Shown piece by piece: positions 14,443-38,367 of a stretch of DNA of 64,000 nt (its first letter is position 1; each line of letters begins with the position of its first letter). The position numbers and the translations under genes are program-made. The notes below the pieces were generated by a model. The model was not told the origin of the DNA, did not search any database, and saw only the letters and a list, made by a program, of their open reading frames with translations. The stretch lies in assembly GCF_009914755.1 (NCBI RefSeq), contig NC_060946.1; one strand, written 5' to 3'. The DNA comes from the human T2T-CHM13v2.0 reference genome, Homo sapiens.

Positions 14443-17060
14443 GTCGAGGTGCTGCTGTACTTCTTGCGGCTGGAGGCCATCCCTGCCCTGGACAGCAAGG
14501 GACAGAGCATCCTGTTCTCCACCGATGTCTAAAGGTCCCAGTCCATCTCCTGGAGGCGGACAGACGGCCTGGAAACCTCTGGCTAATCAGGCCATCTGTA
14601 GAGTGGGAATCAAGATTTTCTGAGGCATCCTTGGGCCACCCCCAGGTGTCAGGCCATCTGCCAAGAGACAGCGGCCCAAAGCAGAAGGACAGGTGGCCTG
14701 GGCAGATCCCGCCCAGGTCTGAAAGCCCCAGGCTGGCCTCAGACTGTGGGTTTTTTATGTGGCCACCTGAGGGCGCCCCAAACCAGTTCATCTCAGAGTC
14801 CAGGCCTGGCCCTCGGAGACAGGGTGAAAGCAGTGGTTTTTATGAACTTAACTTATAGAGTCTAAAAGATTTCTACTGAATCACTTGTCAAGAAGCGCCC
14901 TCTCTGGGGAGAAGGGAACGTGACTGGATTCCCTCACTGTTGTATCTTGAATAAACGCTGCTGCTTCATCCTGTGGGGGCCATGGCCCTGTCCCTGTGTG
15001 GGTGGGGCCTCTTCCATTTCCCTGACTTAGAAACCACAGTCCACTTAGAACAGGGTTTGAGAGGCTTAGTCAGCACTGGGTAGCGTTTTGACTCCATTCT
15101 TGGCTTTCTTCTTTTTCTTCCCAGAAGGATTTTTGTGCAGAAATGGTTCTTTTGTTGCCGTGTTAGTCCTCCTTGGAAGGCAGCTCAGAAGGCCCGTGAA
15201 ATGTCGGGGGACAGGACCCCCAGGGAGGGAATCCCAGGCTACGCACCTTAGGGTTCGTTCTCCAGGGAGAGCGACCTCGTCCCCCGATCCTGACCGCCCT
15301 TCCGGCCCACGCTCTCCTGTTTGGCTTCCACAGGCCTGGACTTCTCTGGCTTCTCTGCCCACACACTCCCTGCCCCCAGTGTCCCTGCCCCTGCCCCAGC
15401 ACAGGTGACTTCATTTCTGTCCTCTCAGCTCAGTGGACTCGCTCAACTTTTGTATAAGTCTCCACTTGGTGGTAGCAGCTTGCTGATGACTTGTTTTAAA
15501 ACTTTCATCCTAAATAACCTTTTGATACTTGAATATTTGTAAGTTTTATACATAGTTTCTAATTTTTTCCCCAACAGATCCAGATACCTAATAAGATGCT
15601 GGAATGTAATCCTGGACAATCCGTGTCCTGGCAGCATTTGGTCTTCCTCTAAGCGCCTGGCTCCGCTGTTCTCAGGAGTGGGTTCTGAAGTCTCTGGAGA
15701 ACAGGATACGTGGAGGGTTAGGAAGGGGCCAGGCCTAGAGACGGGAGACTCCCTCCCGGAGCAGGTGGAGGCACAGGACCATTCGCTACCCCATCTGCCG
15801 GCACCTGCGGGGGAGCCCAGGCATTCTTTGTAAGCCCTCCTGACCACCTGGCTCAAAGAAAACAGAAGCATGGAGGCCGCCAAGTATTTTCAAGAAATAA
15901 CCCCATGAACATGGCATCACTTTTTTAGAAAGAGGGGCTTGGGGCAGGCAGAGGAGAGAAGGGAGAGCAAACTGAGAGCCAAGTTTCCAGACAGTCCTGC
16001 AGGAGGAGAGGATGCAGCTGTGCAGAGGGAAGCAGGATCACATTTAAGGAAGTGTGTGGGGTCCCTGGATGACACCAGCACCCAGTGCGGCTCTGTCTGG
16101 CAACCGCTCCCAAGGTGGCAGGAGTGGGTGTCCCCTGTGTGTCAGTGGGCAGCTCCTGCTGAGCCCGCAGCTCACTGGGGAGCCTGACAGCGGGGCCATG
16201 TGCCTGACACTCCTCTCTGCTTGTGGACCTGGCAAGGCAGGGAGCAGAAAACAGAGCCACTTGAAGGCTTTCTGTCTGCGTCTGTGTGCAGTGTGGATTT
16301 AGTTGTGCTTTTTTCTTGCTGGGAGAGCACAGCCACCATTTACAAGCAGTGTCACCCTCGTGGGTGGCGAGGACAGAACAGGAGCCTCTGCTCTCTGTAC
16401 CTATCTGGGCCCGGTAGGCTCCCTTGTCCTGGCTTCCATCTCTGTCTCAGCGACCATTCAGCCCTGCGCAGGAACACGTGTTGCTTAGAAAAGCCAAATC
16501 CAGCCTTGTCTCTGCCTCCTCTGGTCTCATGATGTGCATCTGTTACCTTGAAACTGGAAACCAGTCTATCAATGTCTGTGCCAATTTTTTATTCCCTCCC
16601 CAACCTCCTTCCCCATACGACTTTTTATTTATGTAGGATGTGTGCTGTCTAATGATGGGATGACCACACTTTTCCATGTTCTAAAAGTGCTCCTCTCCCG
16701 CAGGGTCCCAGGGCTGGTGGTTGCTTTGGGTCTACAGCTACGTCTTACCCGCCTCCTGCCTCAACAGCCTGTGTGGTGGCAAAGCCGGTGTGGGGCTGGG
16801 GAACGCAGCGTTCTCCAGGAGGGGGACCCGGCTCTCCTTCTGCAATGCAGGCGAAGGCCTAGATGCCAGTGTGACCTCCCACAAGGCGTGGCTTCCAGAC
16901 TCCCCGGCCGGAAGTGATGCTTTTTTGCCGTGGGCCCTGGGTTTGAAGCAGCCTGGCTTTCTCTTGGTAAGTGGCTGGTGTCTTAGCAGCTGCAATCTGA
17001 GCTCAGCCACCTACACACCACCGTGGCCGACACTTTCATTAAGAAGTTTCCTGAGACGAC
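14443..17060 (+). pseudogene. BCR-like terminal exon (coding 14443-14532, then long 3'UTR)
   Basis: ggcag|GTCGAGGTG... translates VEVLLYFLRLEAIPALDSKGQSILFSTDV, TAA at 14530-14532. UTR end is approximate. Confidence 0.85.
14950..14955 (+). terminator. Proximal polyadenylation signal of the BCR-like 3'UTR
   Basis: AATAAA preceded by TGTA and followed by GT-rich sequence. Confidence 0.65.
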
Positions 17061-18407
17061 TTGCGTGCATGTTGACTTCATGATCAGCGCCGCTGGGAAG
17101 AACCCCTGAGCCGGTGGGGTGGGGCTGGAAGCAGCAGGTGCAGTGATGGGGCTGGGTGCCCAGGAGGCCTCAGTGCTCAATCAGGCCAAGGTGGCCAAGC
17201 CCAGGCTGCAGGGAAGGCCGGCCTGGGGGGTGTGGGTGAGCACAGGCAGGCACCAGCTGGGCAGTGTTAGGATGCTGGAGCAGCATCCGTAACTCCACTG
17301 AGTGGGGTAGTCTGGTTGGGGCAGGGACCGCTGTTATTTTGGCAGAGAGAGATGATCCCCACTGGGGAGAGGCTGTTCTGACTCTGCAGGTGGGACAGGG
17401 ACAGATGGCCACCAGGGTGACCCGGCTGGTCTTCCTTTGCTATGCTAAGCCCTGGGACATGGAGGATTCCTGCCACACAGCCTGGGCCCGGGTTCTTACC
17501 TGTGGCCACCGCTCTGGCACGAGCCCCTCAGTCTTGGGTGGTTTCTGCCTGGTCCGGGATTTGGTGTTGCTGCTGAGTCCAGCCTTTCCACCACCTCCGC
17601 ATGGGCTGTGGGTGTTGTCAGCTGCCTCCCGCCTTGGCTTCAGTAGCTCACCCAGCTTACAGGGGAGCTGCCCTGGGCTGGAGATGGGCATGCACCCTGG
17701 GTCCTACTTGAATGAATGCAGTTTGAGGAGACCCGGCCATATACACTGGGCCACGGGTTACCTTCGGCAATGCCCACATCAGCCGTCAGCCTGAGCCTCC
17801 CCAGGAGAGCAAGGCTCACACGACAAAGGCTGCCCGTGGCCAATGAGGTGGCTGAGCCCAGCCAGGACCTTTCTCGGACTCCCGGGATGTGGCTCTGCTC
17901 GTGAGCTGCCTGGTCAGCTCTCTCGGGGTGAGAGGGGCTTGTCACACGGGCCCCTGCCTGCGGTGTGACCCTTCTCAGCTTCTCTCAGCAGCCCTGCCTG
18001 CGGAGTGTCACCGCCACCATGATCATTTCCCTGACACTGCGAGGGTGTGGGGACGTCCTGGGTAGAGACAGGGCCCGTGGCAGCAGCAGGCTCAGGGGCG
18101 CCCTGCACTGGTGGGCTGGGGACCTGGTGGAGACCACGCCAAGGGCTGGACAAGGGGACGAGCCTCCACCCTGGCCTCTCCGCAGGCCTCAGCAGCCCCT
18201 TCCACAGGCAGAAGGGTTGACACTGGGTTCTGCCCTCACTGCAAGAGCTGCAAGTGCCACGTGCTGTTCTGCCCAATCTGGTGTCTGCAGGTGAGGGAAG
18301 GGCTGCCGCTGGCCCGTTTCTGAGTGTTCAGCACCTAAGGGTGACAGCACTGTCTGTCCCTACCCTCCGGGTCCTGTTTGAAAATCAAGCCCATGCTCAC
18401 AGGCCGA

Positions 18408-23050
<4,643 letters not shown>

Positions 23051-23549
23051 CATGGAGGTCTGTCTGCAGAGGCCCGGGCCCGGGCACAAAGGGAGAGAGG
23101 CCTCCATTGTCCCGCAGGGGCCGAAATGCAGACGGTGCATCCCCGGTGACCTCGGGGACCCTTCTCTGATCACCAGGATTCTCTTGGACTCTAGGGTCCT
23201 TGTCCTGCTCAGGCATCCCTGCCCCGCTCTCCTTGAGGGCCCTCAACACTATCTTCCCTGGACACAAGTCTGGGGACAGCCGGGTGTTGTGGACCCCAAA
23301 GGGGTGACTCCCGGCTCCTGGGCCCCACAGAGAGTCCATGTTCTCAGTGCAGTGGCTGAGCTGGAGGACGCCCTGGAACTCGGAGCACGCAGCACTGGCT
23401 TGCTGTGGTACCTGTGCAATCAAATTGAAGGCAGGATCCCAGGAAGGAAGGCAGGGCTTGCAGGATCACGGAAAACCTTAGAGTTGTCTTGACACCACTG
23501 ATGTCAAGTGTCCGGGTGCTTGTAGGATGGCCTGCCACTCAGTCCACGG

Positions 23550-24060
23550 GCAGGAGCAACGGGGAGATCCCACAGGCAAAGTGAACTGGGGGATGGGCTG
23601 AACGGGCTCCAGGCAACTGAGCCCTACTGGCAGGTCCTCGGCCTGGGCCCGAACAGGAAGGAGGGGCACAGAGTGCCCAGGTAACCGCTCCTGGGAGCAG
23701 TGGGGAACCGTCGGTTGCTTGAACTCTCGAGAGCTGGGCTCTGAGCGTCCTCGTCCAGCCGCCAACTCGGCCAACGGCTAAGCCAGCAGTTTCTTCTGTT
23801 GCCGGGCAACGCGCCTTTTAAACCTGAGGGAGCGGGCGCGTGAGCACATCACGGCGCCCGTGACAGAGCGAGCTTAACGGATTAATAAGCGCAGCCAGGT
23901 ACCCGCGCGAGGCACTTGCTGGCAATGGCGGGAGGCGGACGTGGGGGGTCATGCAATAGGTACTGGAAGGAGAGAGGCGGGCACAAAGGTTGCGGGAGGA
24001 ACAGGTGCCCACAATGGCGGCAGATCTGCCCGTGGATCACTGAAGATTCCTGTTCTCCTG
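23550..24060 (-). promoter_or_regulatory. CpG-rich putative promoter of the POM121-like gene
   Basis: High CpG density; TATA-like TTTAAAAG (minus, 23815-23822); X-box GTTGCC-G-GGCAAC at 23798-23810; six YAACNG motifs between 23557 and 23880. Confidence 0.6.
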
Positions 24061-24658
24061 CTGAGGTGGAGATTGCAGTGAGCTGAGATCGCACCATTGC
24101 ACTCCAGCCTGGGCAACAAGTGCAAAACTCAGTCTCCAGATAAAGAAAAGAAAAAGAAAAAAAAGAGGCCGGGCGTGGTGGCTTATGCCTATAATCCTAG
24201 CACTTTGGGAGGTCGGGGCAGACGGATCACGAGATCAGGAGTTGGAGACCAGCCTGGCCAACATAGTGAAACCCCGTCTCTAGTAAAAATACAAATTTAG
24301 TCAGACATGGTGGCACGCCCCTGTAGTCCCAGCTACTCCGGCGGCTGAGACTGGAGAATCACTTGAACCCGGGGGCTGGGAAGGGATTGCGATGCGCCGA
24401 GATCGCGCCACTGCACTCCAGCCTGGGCAACAGAGCCAGACTCTTTTTTTTTTTTTTTTTTTTTTTTGAGACGGAGACTCCCTCTGTCGCCCAGGCTGGA
24501 TTCCAGTGGCCTGATCTCTGGGCTCACCGCAAGCTCCGCCTACCGGGTTCACGCCATTCTCCTGCCTCAGCCTCGGGAGTAGCTCGGACTACAGGCGCCC
24601 GCCACCACACCCGGCTAATTTTTTGTACTTTTGGTAGAGACGGGGTTTCACCCTGTTA

Positions 24659-25084
<426 letters not shown>

Positions 25085-25569
25085 TTATTGATTTAATGTA
25101 CTTTTATGCCTGTGTTCTTCAATTTGCTTAGGAAAGACCCACACTTGAGAGCTGGGACTGTGTCCCTGATTGTGGACATGAAATATGTGGTTTCTTGTCA
25201 AAACTAGACACTGGATAATTACGATTTAGTTGAGCTAGAAATCCATTTGGTTTCTTCCATATTTTTCCAAAATTTTCATCCTTTTTTTTTTTTTTTTGAC
25301 ATGGAGTTTCGCTCTTGTCCCCCAGGCTGGAGTGCAATGGCGCGATCTCAGCACCTGCTGGCAATGGCGGGAGGCTAGGGGACGCTGGCGGCATAGGTAC
25401 TGGAAGGAGAGGCGCGCGCACAAAAGACTTGGGAAGACCTGGCGTGCACAATGGCTGCAGATCCGCCAGTGGATCACTGAAGATTCCTGCTCTCCTGCTG
25501 AGGCGGGGATTGCAGTGAGCTGAGATCACACCATTGCACTCCAACCTGGGCAACAAGAGCGAAACTTCG

Positions 25570-25570
<1 letters not shown>

Positions 25571-25617
<47 letters not shown>
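25571..25617. repeat. (CA)n microsatellite
   Basis: Uninterrupted CA run. Confidence 0.95.
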
Positions 25618-25619
<2 letters not shown>

Positions 25620-27346
25620 AAGAAAGAAAGAAAAAATAGTGGCCAGGCGTGGAGGCTCACGCATCCCAGCACTTTGGGAGGTCGGGGCGGGCGGATCACG
25701 AGATCAGGAGTTGGAGACCAGCCTGGCCAACAGAGTGAAACCCCGTCTCTAGTAAAAATACAGATTTAATCAGACATGGTGGCACGCGCCTGTAGTCCCA
25801 GCTACTCCGGCGGCTGAGACAGGAGAATCACTTGAACCCGGGGGCGGGGAAGGGATTGTGATGTGCCGAGATCGCGCCACTGCACTCCAGTCTTGGCAAC
25901 AGAGTCAGACTCTCTCTCTTTTTTTTTTTTTTTTTTTTGAGATGGAGTCTCCCTCTGTCGCCCAGGCTGGATTCCAGTGGCCAGATCTCGGCTCACCGCA
26001 AGCTCCGCCTACCGGGTTCACGCCATTCTCCTGCCTCATCAGCCTCTGGAGTAGTTGGGACTACAGGCGCCCGCCACCACACCCGGCTAATTTTTTGTAT
26101 TTTTAGTAGAGACGGGGTTTGACCGTGTTAGCCAGGATGGTCTCGATCTCCTGACCTCGTGATCAGCCCGCCTCGGCCTACCAAAGTGCCGGGATTTAAG
26201 GCGTGAGCCACAGCGCCCGGCCCCGAGAGTGAATATCTTTTAACAGTGTTTTTCCTGATCTTTTCCAACATCTTCATTGTGGTTCTGTCCTTTATTTTTT
26301 GGTTAAATCCAGAGGTTTACTTCTGCCTGTATCTTTCCAAACTATTAATCTGTTCACAATCACTCTCCCATTTAAACCCTTCAGCAGCCCCAGTACCTTC
26401 CTAATAAGGTCTCCTTAGCTTGGTATCCAGAACACTTCAATACTGGGCTTTGACCCCTGTTCTCCTTCCCCCACCTCTGTTTAGGTGCTTCACTGAGCTG
26501 CACTGAACAGCTCTTGGCCCCTTGAAATCTCTGCAGTCTCCTTGTCTCCCTCTGCTGGAATATTCTTCTCTCACTTCATCTGATCATTGCCTTCAAAACT
26601 CAGCTCATTTTCTTATTTCCTTGCCCTTTTCATGTCCCTTGTTTTCCTCCGATTAAATTAATGTTCCAAACTCAAAAGAAAAACAACTCAGCTCAGGCAT
26701 CACCTTGCCTGGAAGGCTTCCCTAGTCCTCCTGCCTCCCGCAGACTTGTCTGGCACCCTGTGCATTTGGGATTTGGCACACTATGTCTCATCTGCGGCCT
26801 CCACCGGACGATGAGACCGTAAGTGTGTGGCTTCACGGAAAGTTGTTGACTCTGCTGGGGTGCTGGTACAGTGCTGGGCACGGCAGTGTTACAGAGGAAG
26901 TGAGCCACTTAGTTTCTGCCCTTAGGAGCTTTTCTTCTAGTTGCAGTTGACCCTGCCAGCTGTGAGACACCTCCCAGTAGTGCATACCAACTTTCAAAGT
27001 CTGTTTAATTGTATCTTAGTGTCTGATTCCAATTTTATTTCTTGAAGGAGGGGAGTGTCTCTAATGTCTTATTTTGGCACCCAGAGACCAGGTAGGCATC
27101 ATTTTTGTCCCAAATTGTGGAAGGAATGTACATTTGGCACAGATTACTTCCCTTTTTTCTCTTGTACGCCTTTCACCTTTTTTGTTTTTGTCTTTTTTTT
27201 TTTTTGAGTTTGATGTGTTTGGACAGTAAGGGTTTACGAGATTAAGATTAAATTTCAACTTTGTCTATTGTGCATATAGCCTAAGGAAAACAAAAAGTTA
27301 AAGAGGAAAAATACATTGTCTCTAAAAAGAAGACTCATTATTCAAC

Positions 27347-28255
<909 letters not shown>

Positions 28256-28989
28256 TTAGGTCAATAAGATTTATTTTAATTAAACAAGAAAAAGAAATAT
28301 CTGCTAAAATTTAAAGCTCTTCTATTCTTCCTCTGTCTCTTCTAGTGTTCTTGGGGAAGATCCCGACTTAGCCATTTTCCAGTGGCACCTCTTCCACCAT
28401 GAGTTCCTGAGGCAGTCCGATGGGGCTACTTTATTCCAGAACAATCACAGTGAGACCTTTTCTCCCAATAAATGCCCCTTTTCTCTCCTTAATATATTCT
28501 CTTGCTTACAAAACACTGGTGTCTCCTTATCATGGTTTGGTTCTACCCCACTGGGCCCAAGAATTCTTGCCCAGGAGCAACTGAATTTTCTTCTTGCTTG
28601 CTTTTTAAAACTTTGGTGGGGTAGAGCCAATTTTAAATCTTCTGATCCATTTTTTCATTGCTTTTCTCGCCCTTCTGCATTTTCTGCAAATTCCGTTGAA
28701 TCATTGCAGTTACTTAGGTTTGCTTCATCTCCCCCATTACAAACTACTTGCTGGAGTTTTCAACCCTAGTTCCCTCATTTTTATGATTTATGCTCATTTC
28801 TTTGTACACTCCGTCTTGCTCCATCTCCCAACTCATGGCCTCTGGCCCTGGATTATTGTTTTAGCCTTTTATTTTTTGTCTTCTTCTACCTCAACACTTA
28901 TCTTCCTCTCCCAGTCTCCTGTACCCTATCACTAAGGTTGTCATTAACCTTTCATATTATTCCTCATTATCCATGTATTCATTTGCAAA

Positions 28990-29700
28990 TAAGCGTATAT
29001 TAACAAAATCACAGGTTTATGGAGATACAATTCACATACCTTAAAATTCAGGCTTTTAAAGTGTACCTTTCATGTGGTTTTTGGTATATTCACAAAGTTA
29101 TGCATTGATCACCACCATCTGATTCCATAACATGTTCAATACCTCAAAAAGAAGTCTGTACTCATTAGTAGCCATTTCACATTCACCACTCCCTCTGGCT
29201 CTGGGCAGTCACTGATCTTTGTGTCTCTATGGATTTGCCTAGTCTAGGTATTTTTATGTAAATGGAATCATACAACATGTGACCTTTTGTTTGGCTTTTT
29301 TCATTTAGCAAAATGTTATTAAGGTCTATTCCTGTTGTAGCATGTATTAGCACTTCATTTCTTATATGCTGAATGATATACTTTATTTGTCCATCAGTTG
29401 TTCATGCTTTATTTGTCCATCAGTTGATGAACATTTGCGTTTTTGCCACTTTGGGCTATTATGAATAATGCTACTGTGAACAAGTGTGTACAAGTTCCTC
29501 TGCAAATTTTTGTGTGGACATATCCTTTCAGTTCTCTCAGGTGTATATCTGGGAGTTGAATTGCTGGGTCATGTAGTAGCTACGTTAAACATTTTGAGAA
29601 ACTGCTAAAATGTTCTCCAGAGCTGTACCATTTTACATTCTGTGTGTGAGGATTCCACGTTCTCCACTTCCTCACCAGTGTATGGATTTGGGGGTATACT
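28990..29700 (-). mobile_element. L1M 3' fragment
   Basis: 'aatggaatcatacaacatgtgaccttttgtttggcttttttcatttagc', 'gaattgctgggtcatg'. Confidence 0.75.
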
Positions 29701-29705
29701 TTTTA

Positions 29706-35306
<5,601 letters not shown>

Positions 35307-36143
35307 TTATAGTTTGGTATATATTCTTCCAGACCCTTTTCTGTGTATATACTTACACAAATATATTTTTTCTGACATAAATGGAATCATGCAGAACATA
35401 TTGTTCAACAACTTGATTTTAAAGGGATGATTTACTTCACTATTTTTTCAGGCTTAATTTTATGGCTATATCAGAACTGATTTGGTTATTTTATAGCTGG
35501 CTGAAGCTGTAATTTGTGAAATCATTGGGGAGTAGTGAGCCTCCTTCCATAACTATATAACAATAAATTTTGCTATATCAGGAGAGCAAGTCATAATAAA
35601 AATATTACCCTTAAATTTTAATGTATTTAGTGAGAATAACTGACTTGTTTATTCTTCATATTTTCTTCAAAAAACACATAAATTCATCAAATTAAGCACG
35701 TTCGTATTTTATTGACTATTTTGCTATAATTTTGAAATTATGTTAAATTAAAATGAAGCCTGTTTGAAACCTGTTAAGATGACAACCATAAATACTTAGT
35801 TTTGTGTCTAATTCAGTTAAGTGTTCTTGTTTGTTCATGGACCAGAAAAAAAGTTTTCCTGTGTTTTCAATTCCCAAGTGACTCCTCCAGATAGAATGAA
35901 CTGGACCCGAGTAGTCTTTAAGGTTGCTGGCTACGGGCTCAGCATTTAAGACTTTAACCCAAAGGAAGAGAACTTTTTTTCTCAAGCCCTGCAGCAACAG
36001 TTATTGCTGTAAAAAGATTATCATTTCAAAGTGTTGGGTTACTTCTCACGTTCATGGGAATGACTTTCTTTAAAACCTCTGGGAGCAAGAGCAGTTTCTT
36101 GGATGGCTCATCTTTAGACCTGATTTTTAAAATAGTTGCTCTT

Positions 36144-38367
36144 TTTTTTGTTTTTTTTTTTTTTGTTCAGACATTTATTGAGCACTTCTTAAGGGCCAGG
36201 CATGGTGTGAGGCACTGGGATGTAACAGTGATTATGACAAAGTCCCTCAAGGAGCTCACAGTCTAATGGTAAACTACAGAGTAAACTGAGGCACAGAGTG
36301 GTAAATGACTTACCCAATGAGGTAGAAATAGCTAGGTATGTGAAAATGTGGGAGCAGAGCTGGAGAGAGGGCAAGGTACAACTTGTCCTAAGTGAAACCC
36401 CTTGGACTGACTCAACAGCAAGGCTGCATACACAAACATTACAAAATCTACTTGCAAAAACCTGAAAGGAGTTTCCAATTATCACCATGACTGAATTCAT
36501 GTTTCACAATGAATTCAGCTATTTCCTGATGGCATTTCTATCCTTGCCCCCAAAGCCACTGGGCATGCCACCGATCTGCTGGGAGACAGCAATTAGGTAG
36601 ACAGCTTAAAACCAAGAAGTATCTGACTCCAATTTTAGCACTGAAAACCATATTAAAATACTTTAATTAAATCCACAAACATAAATGTGTAGCACATTTA
36701 TGATACTTCTACATGTAGAAGTTTGGAAAAAGTCTCTTCTAACCCTCATCCAGAGGATTCTAATAAGTTATAGATACCAAAGAGATTAGAGAATTTGTCT
36801 GTCACTTTCCATATATACATTATTTTGGCTGTACGAGAGTGAAAAGTGTCACTCAGACATATTTCGTAAGTAATCTCAACATTATACAGATATATACAAA
36901 GACATCACATTTAAATTCGTGTGTACATCTATGCAATGTACAACAGTAACTGCAAACATGAACCAGTGTAAGGCAATTTCTTTTGTGACATATGACATAC
37001 TCCTTGAAGGGAAGGGTAGAGTCCACAAAGAACTGTCCTTTTCAGCCTGACTGTCTGTCTTCATGACACTCTGTGATGAAGCTACTTCAGGAGGCAAGAT
37101 GTCTATTTCACTGACAAAAAGCAGTGAATAATTATAAAAGGAGTTGTTTTCAAATGTGGAAACCACAATTACTCAGTAATCTAAGTGGTGAACTCCTCAA
37201 AGACACTACTGGCCATGATGCTGCTACTGAGAACGAGAGCACTTCATGGATAATTTATTGCTCTGAGAATCAAATTTGATGCGTAATTCTCCAGGAAGAT
37301 ATTCCCAAAAAACTCAGTGATACATAAATTCTCAAATGCCATCAGTTGCTTACTTCAAGCAATTCTTCACTTTGCTGAGGATTTTCTTCTTCCTCAGGGC
37401 CTTCTGGATGAGTGCTCTCAGATGAAGAGGTCCTGACACCTTCAGACCTTTTGTTACTGGTCTGACCCTGCTCCACTTCTCACAAATAGACATCGATAGG
37501 TCCGTTGGTGCTCCTTATGTGCACTGTGATAGAGTCTTCTCTGGGAGCTGGAACATCCAATCTGGTTTCTGCTGGAGCTTTAACTGCAATGACGATCTGT
37601 TCATGGAAGGCCTGAATGCTATGAATGTCTTGATAGGTCACATATGCTAGTCTTTCATTTTCTTTGTCATCTGTTAACTCAAACAGCTGCTGAGCACAAT
37701 CCTTAATTAACTCATCCAAAGCATCTTCCATTGCTGGTAAGTCAGAAAGTTCCTCCTGTAGCTTCTTTTGTTGGGGAACTGCTCCAAAATTGCTAAGATC
37801 AGATCCTATCCATCTAATATGGTTCTTGGATTTCTTTTCAACGAGGTCGATTCCATCTAAGACATCGGTGATGTCATACACTCTCCGCTTTCGGACTCCC
37901 AGTTTCGTTGCAACCTTGTTTAAGTCAAGAATACCCCCGGGAGCAGATTTCTCATGGACACATATTGTACATTATCTTCTAAATTAATCCTTATTTTTGA
38001 TGGCAGCAGGCCCTCCACGTTGATGGGGTCTCCTCCGTCGGGTGCAGGAGGAGACTGGGTAATCTCCTCGCCGGCCGCTGCTGACTCATGCTGCCCGGCC
38101 GGGCGTCCTGCTCCCCTCGCACCCCACGAGCTCTCCCGCCCTCTCGCGCTCAGCTCGAGCACCGCCCCCCACGCGCCGATTTCCAAGGGCCCAGCACCTA
38201 AGGGGTCCGCGGCCTCCTCCGAGGCGTCGCCCGGCTAGGCCGTCCCTCCCGCCAGTAAACGCGGCACGGCCTCACGTGCCCGGGAGCTCCCGACGCAGAC
38301 GGAAAAGGAGCAGGGAGACCCGCGGATCTCAAGTCGCCCGGCCCGCCATCTTCCCGCATGCGCAGTC
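36144..38367 (-). pseudogene. E2F6: E2F6 processed pseudogene (E2F6P family; paralog number not determinable)
   Basis: Intronless E2F6 translation (ATG at 38089 MSQQRPAR...; [25 protein letters not shown]...; ancestral stop at 37342-37344). Poly(A) at 36142-36164, AATAAA at 36174-36179, 15-bp TSD aaaatagttgctctt at 36129-36143 and 38368-38382. Two internal losses and a premature TGA at 37480-37482. Confidence 0.95.
38000..38367. promoter_or_regulatory. CpG-rich 5' end of the E2F6 retrocopy
   Basis: Dense CpGs; CGCCATCTT (YY1-like, ~38344), CGCATGCGCA (NRF1-like, ~38355), CACGTG at 38273-38278, TCCCGCC at ~38247. Confidence 0.5.

Larger units (their letters stand above)
9740..17060 (+). pseudogene. 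BCRP2: Unprocessed partial duplicate of BCR (last five exons, BCR exons 19-23, plus 3'UTR); probably BCRP2
   Basis: Exon translations match the BCR C-terminal RhoGAP domain ([24 protein letters not shown]...; [17 protein letters not shown]...; VFGPTLLRP...; ...SILFSTDV*). Introns are present and upstream BCR exons are absent. Paralog name inferred from neighbouring gene order. Confidence 0.85.

Noticed and set aside
12434-14858. Long overlapping ORFs (170-277 aa) on both strands of the BCR-like region
   Set aside because: GC-rich intron read-through or antisense frames; only the exonic parts resemble BCR.
18010-18294. Near-perfect Kozak context ccgccaccATG opening a short ORF
   Set aside because: No recognisable protein similarity or promoter; plausible by chance in GC-rich DNA.
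23340-23423. N-terminal extension of the 490-aa ORF
   Set aside because: It starts at TTG; the family-typical start is the ATG at 23339.
37480-37881. 133-aa E2F6 ORF as a functional gene
   Set aside because: GTG start, upstream frameshifts, premature TGA and retrocopy hallmarks.
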